Shown one piece after another: positions 44,073-58,736 of a DNA stretch of 64,000 nt. The translations under genes were made by a program, and so were the position numbers. The stretch is from Octopus vulgaris (Eukaryota): contig OX597827.1 in assembly GCA_951406725.2 (NCBI GenBank), forward strand, positions 6,386,001 to 6,450,000. Direction: 5' to 3'. The notes beneath the pieces were generated by a model that searched no databases, was not told the origin of the DNA, and worked only from the letters and a program-made list of their open reading frames with translations. The stretch's first letter is position 1; each line of letters starts with the position of its first letter.

Positions 44073-44340
44073 TAGTGGAGGCATGTGGCTTAGTGGTTAG
44101 AGTACTGGACTTATGATCGTAAGATTGTGGTTTCGACTCCTGGATTGGGCAGTGCATTGAGTTCTTGAGCAAAACACTTCATTTCACTTTGCCCCAGTCC
44201 ACTCAGCTGGCAAAAATGAGTAATCCTGTTATGGGCCGGCATCCTGTCCAGGTGGGGAATTTCTATGCCACTGAAACCAGGAAACCGGCCCTTATGAATT
44301 GGTATGACTTGAGAAATTAACTTTACCTAACCTTTCTTTA
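44073..44340 (+). mobile_element. tRNA-derived SINE family D
   Basis: A box GTGGCTTAGTGGTTAGAG and B box GGTTTCGACTCC; central CCACTCAGCTGG...GGCATCCTGTCCAGG; second copy at 19045-19278. Confidence 0.85.
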
Positions 44341-45269
44341 CAGCATACATAAATCAGGCTTCTTAGACCCATGTGGCCCTAAAACAATTGCCCATTGTAC
44401 AATTCCTTAAGGTGGCACTGAGGAAGTGCACCTTATATGGTTGAACTAGGGTGTTGAATACTCTGACACGAGCTCTGTTAACTGGCAAATACTCCTTGGT
44501 ATGTTTTAATGTGTAGGCACAACAAAAGAATCATAACAAGCTGTTTGTCCTCTCTGGGGATATCACAAAAAAAGTTAACACAAACAAAGCCTGGGAAAAG
44601 GTGCAGCTTCTAAACGTATACATGTGGTACTCTTTTGTTTGTTTCAGTCACTGGACTGTACCAGTCAAGGCAGCGCTGGCATCGGGCCACGTTCAGATGG
44701 TGATTTTTACATGCCACCGGCACAGGTATCACAACTGTTTCATAAGCATAATTCAAGTAGTTTTGATTCACTTTGAATTGGGATTATCTTTTAAAAAACA
44801 AAAAATCATAATCATCACACAGTAACAAATTTAACCTGGTAGCATATACCAAGCTTTCACTAATTGTTTTAGCTTACTATGTAGGTAAAAGTAGACATAG
44901 ACATCCACTTGTCTATGCCATACTTGAACCAATGGAACACCAAGGATGTGTTGACTGAAAGGAAACAAGGCTGCACTTGGCACTTGCCTGGTGCTTGTTT
45001 TCAGCTGAGAAATGTGTATAGTTCTGTGTATGCATGTGCAGGTGTCTGTGTGTGCAAGTGTGTGTGTACGTGTGTGTGTGTGTTTATGAGTGTTTGTACG
45101 TGTGTGTACGTGTGTGTGTGTGTTTGTGTGTGTTTGTATGTGTGTGTGTTTGTATGTGCATGCATGTGTTTGTGAGTGTATGTATGTGTGTGATATTTGT
45201 GTGTGTGTGTTTGTATGTGTGCGTGTTTGTGAGTGCGTGTGTGTGTACGTGTGTGCATGTTTGTGTGGT

Positions 45270-45304
<35 letters not shown>

Positions 45305-45342
45305 ACGTGAGTGAGTGAGCGTGTGTGTGTGTGTGAGTGAGT

Positions 45343-45379
<37 letters not shown>

Positions 45380-45662
45380 TGTGTTTGCCTCCAGTGCCAA
45401 CAAGTACTGTCGCAAAAACAGGTTGAATGTCCAATCAGCCATGCCAAATCAGCAAGCAAATAGCTGCTGCACCAAATTATTTCATTCCAAAGGAGTGTCT
45501 GTGCAACTCAGATAGTAAGTAAAATACCATAAGGTATTCTTTTCTATTTTTTTCACCAATCTGTAGATCTATTGCTGTTATACATGAGTGAAAGTTGCAT
45601 GCAACAAACTGTATGCACAAAAGAGCCCTCTGGATAATTTGCTTCTGCCAAATTTCATTTAA

Positions 45663-45883
45663 CCCTTTCGTTACTGTGTTTATTTTGAGATGCTCTGTGT
45701 CTCTTTCAATTAATTTTAAATATAACAAAGAATTTAGTAAAATAACTTAGTTAACATTAAGCTAGTGTTAGGAACATAAATTGTGACTAAGGTTTGGTGG
45801 AAGATTTTAATTGAAACCTTAAGAAAACAAGACATTTGTACTTAAAGTACGAGCCGGTTTTGGCTGGGTTGGTAACGAAAGGG
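45663..45883. mobile_element. piggyBac-like MITE
   Basis: TTAA on both sides (45659-45662, 45884-45887); perfect 12-bp TIR CCCTTTCGTTAC / GTAACGAAAGGG; decayed inverted relative at ~51000-51224. Confidence 0.9.
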
Positions 45884-46980
45884 TTAAGGGTATTTGGTTA
45901 ACCAAAAGCAATGGTAAAAGACACTTGCCCAAGGTGCAATGAAGCTGAATAGACCCCAGAACCACATGGTAGCAAAGAAAACTTCTGAAACATCACAATC
46001 ATGCTTCACCCACATGAATTTATTTTACTGTTGATTTTAATTTTAAATTCCAGTAAATAAATATTTCATAAATTCTAATTCTTCAGAGAAATTTCCTTTG
46101 CATCTGCTGAGAAATTAGTTGAACGGTCTCTACTTTGGATTCATGACTTTGCAATTCAATTTTACTCATGAATTTTAAACCTCACCCTTGCCACAATGTA
46201 TGAATATTGATACTTCTTCAAATTTGTAGCATTTCATGAGTTTTTTTTCTCTTTCTCTCCTGTATATGTGTTGATAAACTACACAAGTGAGTTAGGAGTG
46301 ATTAGTTACCATTGGAAAAGGTATAAAAGTGAAATCATCGTATTCTTCCCTTTCTTGAAAAATGTGAACTTTAAAGGAGCCAATTGAGGTTTTCTCTGCA
46401 GTGGCTCAATCTTCCAGAAATAGTGGCTGAATTTCTTCCCAATCACATCTTACAAACAGTATTACTCTTGCTTAATTCTTTACTGAACACCTGGATGTTT
46501 TATTTTTGGAGACTGCTGCACCTTTAAAAGGGGACAAAGGCATTAATGTTATTTGATGAAACAAACATGAAATCAAAGACTTACTAAAGCTAATGGAGAA
46601 CAAAGACTCCTGGCACTGCCTTATGGAGCACTTCTCGTTTGTGACCACTTCAAGAAGACAACCTACCGTCTTAAAAACTAATGACACTTTGGCTTAAGTA
46701 GACATAGACATTCACAATGATGGAATGGTTACTGCTGAAGTAACTTTGATCATGTATCTGCTTAATTAAAGTTGACTTTGAACTGAACAACAATAACAAC
46801 AAGATGAGCTCCAATAATTATGTTAGAAATCTAGAGGTCAGGTATTGCTCTGTTGTTAAGAAACGATGGTTTTGGGTTCAATCACACTGCACAGTACCTA
46901 GGGCAAGTGTTTTTTATTATAACTATGGGTCAACCAATGCCTTGTGAGTGAATATGGTAGATGGGAATTGCATGGAGCTC

Positions 46981-47030
<50 letters not shown>

Positions 47031-50000
47031 TATATTCTTTTATTCTTTTACTTGTTTCAGCCATGCAGCTGCAGTCGTGCTGGAGCTCTGTATATATATA
47101 TATATATATATATATACGCATGTGTGCTTTTGTGTCTGTGTTTATCCTTACCAGCATTCAACAAACAGTGCTGTGGTTAGTTTGTTTATGTTCCCTCAAT
47201 ATTGCATTCAATTAAAATAAAATCAATTGAATAAGTACCATACTTGAAAAATAGTACTTGGGTTATTTGTTCAAGATACAAGATATGCAAAAGTATACAA
47301 AAATTACTTATCATGGAATGGAATGGTTTCAAGGTCTTTGATTTGGCCCCCTTCACATTATCAGCTTCTCAAATGAGCATTCCTAAAGAAAAATATAAAT
47401 TGCATGCAGCCAAGAAGTAATCAAATTACAGGATTCTGCCTCTGGAAAAGCATGGGTTTTGTCTTCTATGTGTGTTAGCCAAATTGCCATCCACGCCTTT
47501 TTCTTAAATGTAACACAACTCCAACAACAGCAGCAGCAGCAAACACATGTGGTCCCCCTGTGCATTTCACACAGTCTACACCCACTCAAAACTTACCCCC
47601 AGATTCTACCTTTTGTGTCTAAAACATTAAAAATTAATCTAGCCCCATAAATCGCAGGTACACTGAAGTATTTTACTCCATTAGTGTCTGTTTTATAAAC
47701 AAATTTCAGTTTTCATAAGAATTCAGCTAGTTTTATCATAATTTTCTTCAATCAGCCAAATTATCACAATTATTCACTGAGATGAAAAGGTAAATGTTTA
47801 GATATGCATTAAAAGAACACACACACACACACATACACAACAGGTTTCACAGAAGCTAAAATTGGTCAAGTTTTATTTGAAAATTAATAGAAGTTTCATT
47901 GGCAGGCAATGTAAAGAAATAGTGTTAGACTATTGTCAGTCTATTTAAACAATTTATATAAAATATATATATTATTATTTTACAGTTACCATTTAATGGA
48001 ATTGCTTCTGATTGAAATCTGCTATGAGATGATTTGGAAAGATAATTTGAAAAATTGATAATTAAAAAAAAAGGAATTGAAATCTCACACAAGAGAGAAA
48101 CATACTTTCATATTTACACAGTTTGTGTGTGTTTTCTAATTAATTACCCTATTTATAAATGTAGAATACTGTCACTTAAAAAAGGCATTTTGTTAATAAA
48201 ATAAATAATTAAACTACTAATAAAATAGCAAATTTATGTTTATCTTATTATAATGTTCAGTGCATACTGCTTCAGTACCCATGGTATGCAATTGATGATG
48301 GAGTAACATAGCTGAGAAAAAATGCATTGATTATGAAAGAAAAATAATATGGAGAAAGTAAAACAAAAACAAAAAGCAAAATAACTTCCAGTGGGATAAA
48401 TCATTAGAACAACCGTCAAAATTTAGCATAAAAAAACTAAAATAAATGTTTGCAAACAGAAGCAAACATGCATTTCTGATCATTCAACTAAAGCAACAAA
48501 ATTGTCCATTTGGGAATTTGATAACAAACAATTTATAAAGAACTAAAATCAATTAAGCAATGTTGCAAAATTGCTCATTTTCTCTACAGCTGAATGACGA
48601 TACCCATGGGTGTAATAAGAAGATAAAGGAGGAAAAGATATCTTTCAACTCCTTACTCTTTTATCTTATAACCTAAATTTCTCAGTAATGGTTTTTTTTT
48701 TATTATTTATTTCATTTTTTATTATTTTTTTTCTTCTTCTCTGATTGGCCACTAAAGGATCTAATTTGACTTTTGGCTACTGAAGTATTCACAAGTGATT
48801 ACTTCTCCAAGTATATGAAGTTCAAACTGAAAGTTGCAAACGATGAATAAAAATAAGAAACTGCTTTTTATGATGCGCGCTCAGAGTGAGCAATCATAAA
48901 TCAATAGATGCATAATAGACTTCATGATGGATGCGAATGTCATACTGGCCATAGTAGATGCAAATGTTATTGACTGCACGGCAGATGTATTTATGTATAA
49001 TTGAGGAAAAGATAGCAATGACTGGCACAGCTTATGGGAAGAATTTGAATATCAAAAATAACTTGGTAAAGAATGATAAAGAATGGTAAAGATTTACAAT
49101 GGCTGCAAACAATATATGATCATGGCGGTTTATCTAAAACAGAAACTTTGTGGATAATATGGAAATATGGGTAAATTTCATTAACACTTCAGTTTTCTTC
49201 GGAGATATAACTTTTTATATATTACAAGACATGGCATAAAATATCCAGCATAAATGACACACATACATCAAATTAGTACTTAGCAGGAAAGAATGCACAC
49301 TAAATGTATAATGATTTGGATGAGAGAATTATGGTGGTGGTGGTAGTGGTGGTGGTGGTAACAACGGCAGTAGTGGTGGCAGCAGTGGCAGTAATAAGAT
49401 TGGCAGTGATAGTGATAACTGTAGTAACAATACAGGTAATAATGTTGGTGACACTAATGACAGACAATGATCATGAGAATGACGATGAATTTAAAAGGAA
49501 GAAGATGCTTATAAAGATAGGTAGGAGGAGGAGGGAGAGGAATAGTATGAGAAGAAGGAAGATGTTGGCGACCTACGTTCAAATGTAGATGATATAAGCT
49601 AAGCTTAGTTGCATTATCTAAATACAGAGGAATCACAGAGAAGCTATTCAAATTTAAATGAGATTACAGTGAAGTTTTGAAGTACGTTGAAGTAGTTTAT
49701 ATGTCAATATTTAAAGAGAATGAAAGTTCAAGCAACATGAGTTGAGATTCAATTACCACAGAAATATTCCTGAACTATGGTTTAGCATGTCAATAAATTA
49801 ATTTGATATTCTTAAGTTTGGGTCTTCCTTGTTATACATAAGACTGAACTTTTATTTTTCATCATTTATCTCTGGAACATCTCTGTATATTTAAAGCTGT
49901 TAAATTAAGTGAATTATCGAAGCAGCTTGTGAATAGAAAGAAAAGAAAAGGAGTATTAATATCTGTTTGAATTTTTTTTCTTTTTCCTTTTTTCAGAAGT

Positions 50001-50086
50001 GTTTATATCTAAATACATGTGTCTACACAATGGTTTTTGTATGTAGATCTCAGTGTAGGCATGGTTGTGTAAGCAATATTAATACC

Positions 50087-50320
50087 TAATTCTTTATTAC
50101 CCACAAGGGGCTAAACATAGAGGGAACAAACAAGGACAGACATAGGTATTAAGTCGATTACATCGACCCCAGTGCGTAACTGGTACTTAATTTATCGACC
50201 CCGAAAGGATGAAAGGCAAAGTCGACCTCGGCGGAATTTGAACTCAGAACGTTGCGACAGATGAAATACCGCCAAGCATTTCGCATGACACACTAACGTT
50301 TCTGCCAGCTCACCGCCTTA
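50087..50320 (-). mobile_element. Young SINE family B copy with a 17-bp target-site duplication
   Basis: TAAGCAATATTAATACC at 50070-50086 and 50321-50337. Confidence 0.92.
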
Positions 50321-52043
50321 TAAGCAATATTAATACCGACCAATCTGAGATTGACTTTGATTCTGAAATACATATCAAGCCATAATTCTCAAGGTATTTA
50401 CATTTAGATGTAAACATTTCATCAATATTTCGCATATGAATAAGGCAGCAAGCTGGTAGTATTGTTAGCACACTAGGTAAAATGCTTAGTGGCATTTTGT
50501 TCATCTTTACGCTCTGAGTTGAAATTCTACCAAGGTCAATTTTGCCTTTCATCCTTTCAGGGTTGAAAAAATAATTAACAGTTAAGAACTGGGGTTGATG
50601 TAAAAGATTTACTCCTTGTCAAGAAAACTGCTGGCCCCATGCCAAGATTTGACACCAATGTTTTACATACAAGTCTTGTGTTCTAAATACCAGTGTGATG
50701 ATAAAGAAGTTATGTATTTTAGAAAATACTAGAAAATACCATCAAAATACTTGATTAATTAAAAAAATTAATTGAAGCCAATTAAGAGCACTTCCTAAGA
50801 CATGTGATCACAGAAGGGTTAGACAAGTTCACTAAGTGGATTCAGGTCTGAGCCCACACTGTGGTACCTTCAGTAAATGTATTTTCAACATAGATTCAGA
50901 TGGAACAAAACCTTGTGAGTGAAATTTGGTAGGCAGAAATCAGTGGAAGAGACCTGGCTTGATTTGGGGTGTTAGACTAAATCCAGTCTAAGTTTGGTAC
51001 CATTTTGATACCAAACCACCTGATACTACCACTGGTTCTATGATACAAGCTTCATGATTTAAAGAGATCTGCATAAAAATTTTCCATCAAAATGTCATGT
51101 TTATTTGTATTCCAAACACCAGTTTAATAACTACAGTTATTTTGACTAAATTCTTCATTGTTTTCAAAATTTACCATAACACACAAAGTGTATTTCAACA
51201 GGAATATGGTAACTAAAGGGTTAACAAGGTCAAAACTACTAGCTGGCATTTGGACACTTTTACCAGAGTCCAGTCTGTTGCAAATATTTGGTCAAACCTC
51301 TGACCAGAAGATAACTTTCTTGTTTATACATACCTGTCTTGAAGTTCCTGAAAGGGGTCACAAGTGGTGTCTTTCTTCTTCTTCTTCTGACTAAAAAAGA
51401 AATTCTATAATCACCATACAAAATCACAATTTACATTCTTACATCTTCCTAGTCTTTGACTCAATAATTCCATCAGCCATTTTTCCAATCTATTCCAATT
51501 TCATTTGACACATTAAAGACTAAATCTACAATATTTATCTTTCCTTCTAATCTTTTTTCTAAATCTCTGCTCAGACTTAATGAGGATTTTATAATTCTGT
51601 CGACATCCTTCAGTTACGAATGAACCATTTATCTGATTATTAGCTCTGATCTGTCAAGATTTTTCTCTCATCTCGTCACTGTGTTTACATCTTTGCAGCT
51701 TGCACTAATTCCGTTCTGTTTTCCTTTTTATTTACACTAAAATCTGTGAATCATCAGCTTCAAATAGATCTTACTGCTATTTCACCGATTCTATCAATTC
51801 TGAAGGATCTATTATCTTAGATTTGCCCAAGAACTTTAAAAAAAAAAAAAAACTTGGGAATGTCATTATAGCTTTGTTAAAATAACAACAACGACGACGA
51901 CGACGACAATGATGACGATGATGATGATGATGAGGAGGAGGAGGAGGATACAAAACTATGTCACATGCTTTGTTATTTTTCATTTCAAGATGCTACTACA
52001 TTGATTTGCTGGCTACACACAGACACCAGCACACACTATAGAG

Positions 52044-52127
<84 letters not shown>

Positions 52128-52159
52128 GTATATATATAGTATATATATATATATATATG

Positions 52160-52207
<48 letters not shown>

Positions 52208-52757
52208 CTATCTATATATATATATATATATATATATACCTATATATATGTGTGTTATGTGTGTGTATGTATGCATGTATGTGTGTATATATATATATAT
52301 ACATACACATTCTTTTATGTGTTCTTTAATTTTACTGGTTTCAGTCATTGGATTGCAGCCATATGGAAGCAACAGTCTTAAAGGTTTTAATTAATCATAT
52401 TAACCATAGTATTTAGTTCACTCTGGAATATGTTTTATTTATAACTATTTATTGAATGACATAAATTACATTTCTGACTTATAGGGACGTGATTTGACAA
52501 ACTGGTTGACACTAGTATACTCAAACTAAGTTACACACGCACAAGCCTATTAAAGGGTTTTTGCACAGATTCCATCTACTAGTTCCACTCATAAAGCTTT
52601 GGTTAACTGAAGACTAGTAGAAACCAATTACCTAATGTGCCTCACAATGGAATCAAACTCAGAAACACATGATTGCAGATGGTTATGTCTGTGGCTATAT
52701 AAGAAATAATAAAAAAAATAATAAAAAAGACGATGTTAAAGCAGTAAATAAATATTA

Positions 52758-53147
52758 GTGGAGGCGCAATGGCCCAGTGGTAAGGGCAGCGGACTCGCAG
52801 TCGTAGGATCGCGGTTTCGATTCCCAGACTGGGTGTTGTGAGTGTTTATTGAGCGAAAACACCCAAAAGCTCCACGAGGCTCCGGCAGGGGATGGTGGTG
52901 ATCCCTGCTGTACTCTTTCACCACAACTTTCTCTCACTCTTTCTTCCTGTTTCTGTTGTACCTGTATTTCAAAGGGCCAGCCTTGTCACTCTCTATGTCA
53001 CGCTGAATATCCCCGAGAACTACGTTAAGGGTACACGTGTCTGTGGAGTGCTCAGCCACTTACACGTTAATTTCATGAGCAGGCTGTTCCGTTGATCGGA
53101 TCAACCGGAACCCTCGTCGTCGTAACCGACGGAGTGCTTCCATCATC
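52758..53147 (+). mobile_element. Full-length 390 bp tRNA-derived SINE (family E; possibly one of the described octopus OR-type SINEs)
   Basis: A box TGGCCCAGTGG and B box GGTTTCGATTCCC; (CAT)n end; perfect 12-bp TSD AAATAAATATTA at 52746-52757 and 53148-53159. Confidence 0.92.
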
Positions 53148-53311
53148 AAATAAATATTAAGCAGAAAAATTGTCGGTACCAATGTTGTAAGCTTTTTGCA
53201 AGAGTTTCTACTCTAAATCTTCACTCATATTTCTCTCACAATCTATATTTTCATCTTTTTTCTGGACTGTTGTTAACATGACAGATCCTCTTCTTTCAGT
53301 TGGGCTGGAGT

Positions 53312-53468
53312 CAGGGGCAGACTGAGCCGTCATTCAAATGGGCACTGTCTGAGGGCACGGAGCTCTGAAGGGCCTCCACTCTACATTTTAACTCTCTTTG
53401 ATATCAATGCTAAGGGGCCTGGTGAATAGTTATGCCTGAAGGCCCTTAATACTCTCTGTCTGCCCCTG
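53312..53468. mobile_element. hAT-type MITE, 157 bp
   Basis: 11-bp TIR CAGGGGCAGAC / GTCTGCCCCTG; 8-bp TSD GCTGGAGT / GTTGGAGT (1 mismatch). Confidence 0.88.
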
Positions 53469-53575
53469 GTTGGAGTCTTGGCTCACCATCAAAATGTATC
53501 AATGCTGTGTGTCTTTTCTGTAATTATTTCCATTGTTGTTGCTCTGATGAACTTTCTTCTCTGCTGCCAAGACCT

Positions 53576-53810
53576 TTAATCCTACAGCATTCTGATTAAT
53601 CTGTCAAATGTAATGCTTATTTATTCAAATTGTTTTGGATTAACCATACATTTAATCAATTAATCTTGTAGCTTTGAGATTTTGATGATGGGATTACTTA
53701 TTTTCAGAATGACATAGTAGGGTAGGTGTGAAAGGTCAGATCTGGCCAGTTTGAACATACAATAGAATATTTGGCCCTGATATGGCTGCCTTAAATGCTA
53801 AAGGGGTAAA
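53576..53810. mobile_element. TTAA-flanked piggyBac-like MITE (decayed)
   Basis: TTAATCCTACAGCATT ... AATGCTAAAGGGGTAA; colinear with 60454-60827. Confidence 0.7.
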
Positions 53811-54504
53811 CATGTCCCCTGATTCTCTTCCCACGTACGTTGTTTCTCTATTGAGCTTTCTGTTAGTCACAAGTTCTTTAATTCTAATAGATTCTTTGGA
53901 ATTGGACCCCACTATTCTTGTCTTCTTTTCTCCTGGTCTACAATAGTTAGTCCTTAAAGATTTCTGTCAGTCAACATCTTTTCAATTTGTAGTCTCCTGG
54001 GTATCTTTGTGTTTGTTCCTTCAACCCTTGACAACCAATTAGGGTTTGTTCATGTTCCTGTAACCTAGTGGTTTGGCAAACAACAACCAATAGAATAAGT
54101 GCCAGACTTAAAAATGAAAATTGGGAATGATTTGTTCAGCTAAACCCTTCTAGGTTGTGCTCCAGCTTGGCTACTTTCAACTGACTAAAACGAGTAAAAG
54201 GTAAAAAAATAAAACATCTTTATCAGTATATTATACAAGATTTTTCAATTTGATGGTGTCCGCTAAGAGAAATAAACTTTTATTACCTTCCAGAATAAGT
54301 AAGATTGCTTTTCTTTTTATGATGTATGTCTTAGATTTAGTACTAATAAAAACAAACTGAAAGGTAAAAAGGCAACACAATTACCACAGGATATATAAAT
54401 GGAACAGAGTGTAAAAAAATCAACTCAGTAGCCAGCAGTCATAAAATTTCAGAAAAGGGTCAGCAATGAAAGATTTTGCCATCAAGAGATGCACCAATAC
54501 ACCT

Positions 54505-54918
54505 TACTCTTTTACTCTTTTACTTGTTTCAGTCATTTGACTGTGGCCATGCTGGAGCCCCGCCTTTAGTCAAGCAATTCGACCGAGGGACTTATTCTTT
54601 GTAAGCCCAGTACTTATTCTATCGGTCTCTTTTTGCCGAACTGCTAAGTGACGGGGACGTAAACACACCAGCATCGGTTGTCAAGCGATGGTGGGGGGCC
54701 AAACACAGACACACAAACATATACACACACATACATATATATATACATATATACGACAGGCTTCTTTCAGTTTCCGTCTACGAAATCCACTCACAAGGCA
54801 TTGGTCGGCCTGGGGCTATAGTAGAAGACACTTGCCCAAGGTGCCACGCAGTAGGACTGAACCCGGAACCATGTGATTGTTTAGTAAGCTACTTATCACA
54901 CAGCCACTCCTGCACCTA
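54505..54918 (-). mobile_element. SINE family A copy (young)
   Basis: Full-length reverse complement of the family A sequence. Confidence 0.93.
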
Positions 54919-55845
54919 TTGAAGTTTTTTTTTTTTTTCATTACAAACAATGAAAAATTATTTTAGATGAATACTCTGATAATTGTCCCTGAAGTAGTAT
55001 GAAATTTGTTGTTGGGTTAGCTTTTTGACAACTAATAATTTTTTAATGTTATGAAAAAAAAACTGGTTCAGTTTCTTTTAATTTATCTTTTCAGGCAAAT
55101 TTAGATTAACTTGCCTCATGGTACTATCGTAAACATCTAAGAAAATCAAATGAAAAATTCAAGTAAGATTCTTTTATTCTTGTATGGCTATGCTGGGGCA
55201 CTGCTACTGTCTACATCTGGGAAAAGATTTGTAGTAGTGACATGATAATATGGATGTGTTTACTAATCAATACGATTAAAACCTTTAGTGTCTGCAATGA
55301 AAATGTTATTACATAATATTTCCAAAAAGAAATTTCGTAATATCCCGTTATCTTCCTGTAGTAGTTACTTATTCCAAACAGGCTGTATTACATCTTAGAA
55401 ATGCACCTGGCCATTCTAGAAAAATCAGTTTTTAAACTTTTTAGTCCGGAGGCAATTTGGTACCTGTGACTCTGGAGAGAGGAAAAGTATCCTCTAACCA
55501 GAGAGACCAAGCCTGTACGTTTGCAACAGAATAATTTAGAGGCAGCCAAGGTGGTAGTTAGTTGTTAAACTGGGCAGGAAACCAAGTCTACAACCCATCC
55601 TGGGAAAATCTGAACTCTAAAACCTAAGAGTCAAACTATTATTGCAAGGCATCCAATCCAATATCCTTACTGTTTTACCAATCCATTGTGTTGGACTGGT
55701 ACCTTTTTTTTTTTTGTTATCTATTGTTATCAACTTGTTCCACTCAATACTTTAGTTTGTCCATGCTACAAATACCAGAGCGCTAATGATTAACTTTAAA
55801 TTGGTATAGATTCTTAACAGATTTAAAACTTTATGTTGTTTCCAG

Positions 55846-56043
55846 TGTCGGTGGCACGTAAAAAAGCACCCACTACACTCACGGAGTGGTTGGCGTTAGG
55901 AAGGGCATCCAGCTGTAGAAACACTGCCAGATCAGACTGGGTCTGGCACAGCCTTCTGGCTTCCCAGACCCCAGTTGAACCGTCCAACCCGTGCTAGCGC
56001 GGAAAACGGACGTTAAATGATGATGATGATGATGATGATGATG
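55846..56043 (+). mobile_element. Retroposon family C 3' portion ending in (GAT)n; relatives at ~2985-3140, 14030-14200, 14400-14640, 16640-16800 (-), 37620-37790, 59785-59965, 61570-61620 (-), 63900-64000
   Basis: GGAAGGGCATCCAGCTGTAGAAAC...CCGTCCAACCCGTGCTAGC..GGAAAACGGACGTTAAATGATGATG recurs across the window. Confidence 0.8.
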
Positions 56044-56249
56044 AATTCCAAAGCATAAGTGCAAAGTTGACCTCAGTGAGTGCTGGAATAAATGCCATGA
56101 GGCATTCTATCTGATGCCATAACAACCTTAGCAGTTCACCACATTAGAAGAGTTTTTCCAATTTCAAGAAAATGAAGCACTTCTTTAACCAGAGCAGTTT
56201 TCATATTTAAACCCTATGGAAAAATGTAAAGCTGATCATTATATTAAAC

Positions 56250-56450
56250 CAGTGCTTTTCAAACTTTTTGCTGGAGCGGAACCCCAAGGAAACATTCCAC
56301 TGGCTCGGGGAACCCCTGTGCAATAATTCAATAGTCTTATGCACACATATCTGCACAGGAGAATTAAAAATTACTGCTGATTTTAGCAGTTTTGTAACTT
56401 CTTGCGGAACCCCTGGACTGTACTGGTGGAACCCTGGTTGAAAACCACTG
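56250..56450. mobile_element. hAT (Charlie-like) MITE, 201 bp
   Basis: TIR CAGTGCTTTTCAA / TTGAAAACCACTG; perfect 8-bp TSD TATTAAAC (56242-56249, 56451-56458); repeated subterminal GGAACCC motifs. Confidence 0.92.
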
Positions 56451-57065
56451 TATTAAACTGAAAAGAACTTTTAAAAGCAAGAGTGTTTTTTAGAAGTTGG
56501 TAGTTCAGAAATAATTTACAGTGGAACAAGCTGCCAGACGAGATGGTGAAGATGCTGACGACCGCTTTGTTCAAAACCTCCCTGGACCTCAAGTGGCCTG
56601 AACTCTTTACATGAACACCACCCTGTACTTAACTCCATGTCCCCCTACATGGCCTTGCTATTTGCTTTTGAGCCAAATTAACTAACTAACTAACTAACTA
56701 ATTACAGATGGCATTATTGAAAAATGCTTGCATGTTTCAATGATATAACACAAATATAGATGGTTAAATTTATTTATAAATAAACATAAATTTTATTGAT
56801 TTAATTTCCAGAAAGCTGTTATTTTTTAAATTTATTCATTCCCAGTAGAGTTTGATAACTGGGACCAGGAATTCAGAACATTGGTGTTAGCTCTGTTCAT
56901 ATGGTAAAAACTGTCTGGGTAGGGCTAGCAACAATATTTTGTTCATGTGAAGGGAAAGCATAGCCTTTGTATGTAAAAGCTGCACAAAAGCTGGAATAAA
57001 ATGAGACATGTGTAAACCACTAGATGTACAATGCAAGTGTACTTAACATCAGAGCAGAGAGAGAA

Positions 57066-57260
57066 CTGAGTTTAAGAGGAATCAGGTGTTGTACGCAAGA
57101 GAGAAGACTGGGGTGGTACAGACATGTGATGCCCATAAAAGATGACAGTTGGGTAAAGAAATGCCAAGAGATTCAAGTAGAAGAATTCTGCTGAAGAGAT
57201 AACCTGAGGAAGATGCAGGAAGTTGTGGATGCTGATCTCCTGAACCTTACGAAGGAAATG
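57066..57260 (+). pseudogene. Decayed RTE-clade LINE ORF C-terminal fragment
   Basis: LSLRGIRCCTQERRLGWYRHVMPIKDDSWVKKCQEIQVEEFC*RDNLRKMQEVVDADLLNLTKEM matches the RRL-W-GHV-R...G-R-RGRP-K-W---V--DL motif; one stop. Confidence 0.8.
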
Positions 57261-57512
57261 AATGATTTCCTACATGTATATTCAAGATTCGTTCTTTCAA
57301 TTTATTATTGCACTTTGACCTTGTCTTTAGCTCCAAAGTAATGCTTAACTCTCCATAAATAAATTCATGTGTCTTCTACTTTGGTCCCAGGGCTTAGCAA
57401 ACCAGCTAAAGATTTATGAGAAGATTTGATAGACTGGAAACTAAAAGAAGCATACCCTATATATACATATATATATATATATATACTCATGCACATACAC
57501 ACACACATATGC

Positions 57513-57567
<55 letters not shown>

Positions 57568-58226
57568 GGTTGGGAAATAGAAAGCAATTGTTCAAATGAA
57601 AATATTCAATGGATAAATTATCATTTTAAAAAATACCCTTTAAAGCTAAATGAAGGTACATATAGCTTTTGACAAGTTACAGATATCAAAGGCCATTTTT
57701 GTAGTTAAGGCAATTTTTTTTTTTTTTTTTTAAATAGATTATTTCCCTAAGTAACTAAAGTATTTTTCTTTAAATAACAATTCTGAAAAGAAGAAAATAG
57801 ATAAAATAATATATCAGAGTAAAAAAGTTATTCTCTACTTCTAGCCTTCTTTGCCAGTTCATAGAGGTAAAAATGTGGCTTAATGCAGAAAATCAATAAC
57901 ATCCTTCTCAAAAAGGCAAAATGAATCAGAAAAATATTTCTGTTTGACTTAACAAATAAGTTCCTTCTCTATAGCCCCCAACACATTCCAATTTTTCAGT
58001 TCAACGGCCACTTAAGCTATAAAGTCCACCTTAGCTGCTGGATTTTTTCCTTGCTTTCAGTTCTGTTCTAAGCTTTCATGTATAAGATGAGAAATGATAA
58101 CTATAATTATTATCCCTTAAAGAAGCGACATATGAAATTAAAATTTTCATTTCGGCTATTACAACTATTGAAACTGAGGAAAACTACATATGTTTGCAAG
58201 TGTGTGTGTGCATGTATTTATCTATA

Positions 58227-58278
<52 letters not shown>

Positions 58279-58515
58279 GATACATTTTATTTCCATCAAA
58301 ATAATATTATCATTGATAAAGTGGCAGTAGTACTGAGGAGTCAGTCTAGTGTGAACCTACTTTTACAACTAAGTGGCCATCTTCAAACCTACATTTAGCC
58401 AGCCACATTTCAATGTACTTTTAGCTCACCATTCTCAAATATATTTCCAGCTAGCCATCCTTGAATATACTTCTAACTAAACAGCGTTTAATATACTTCT
58501 AGCTTAACATCTTCA

Positions 58516-58736
<221 letters not shown>

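Noticed and set aside
46540-46690. RTE C-terminal remnant (DLLKLMENKDSWHCLM)
   Set aside because: Too short and divergent to call without a profile search.
52758-52835. Functional tRNA gene
   Set aside because: A and B boxes are present, but I could not form a proper acceptor stem, there is no poly-T terminator, and it continues into a SINE body bounded by a 12-bp TSD.
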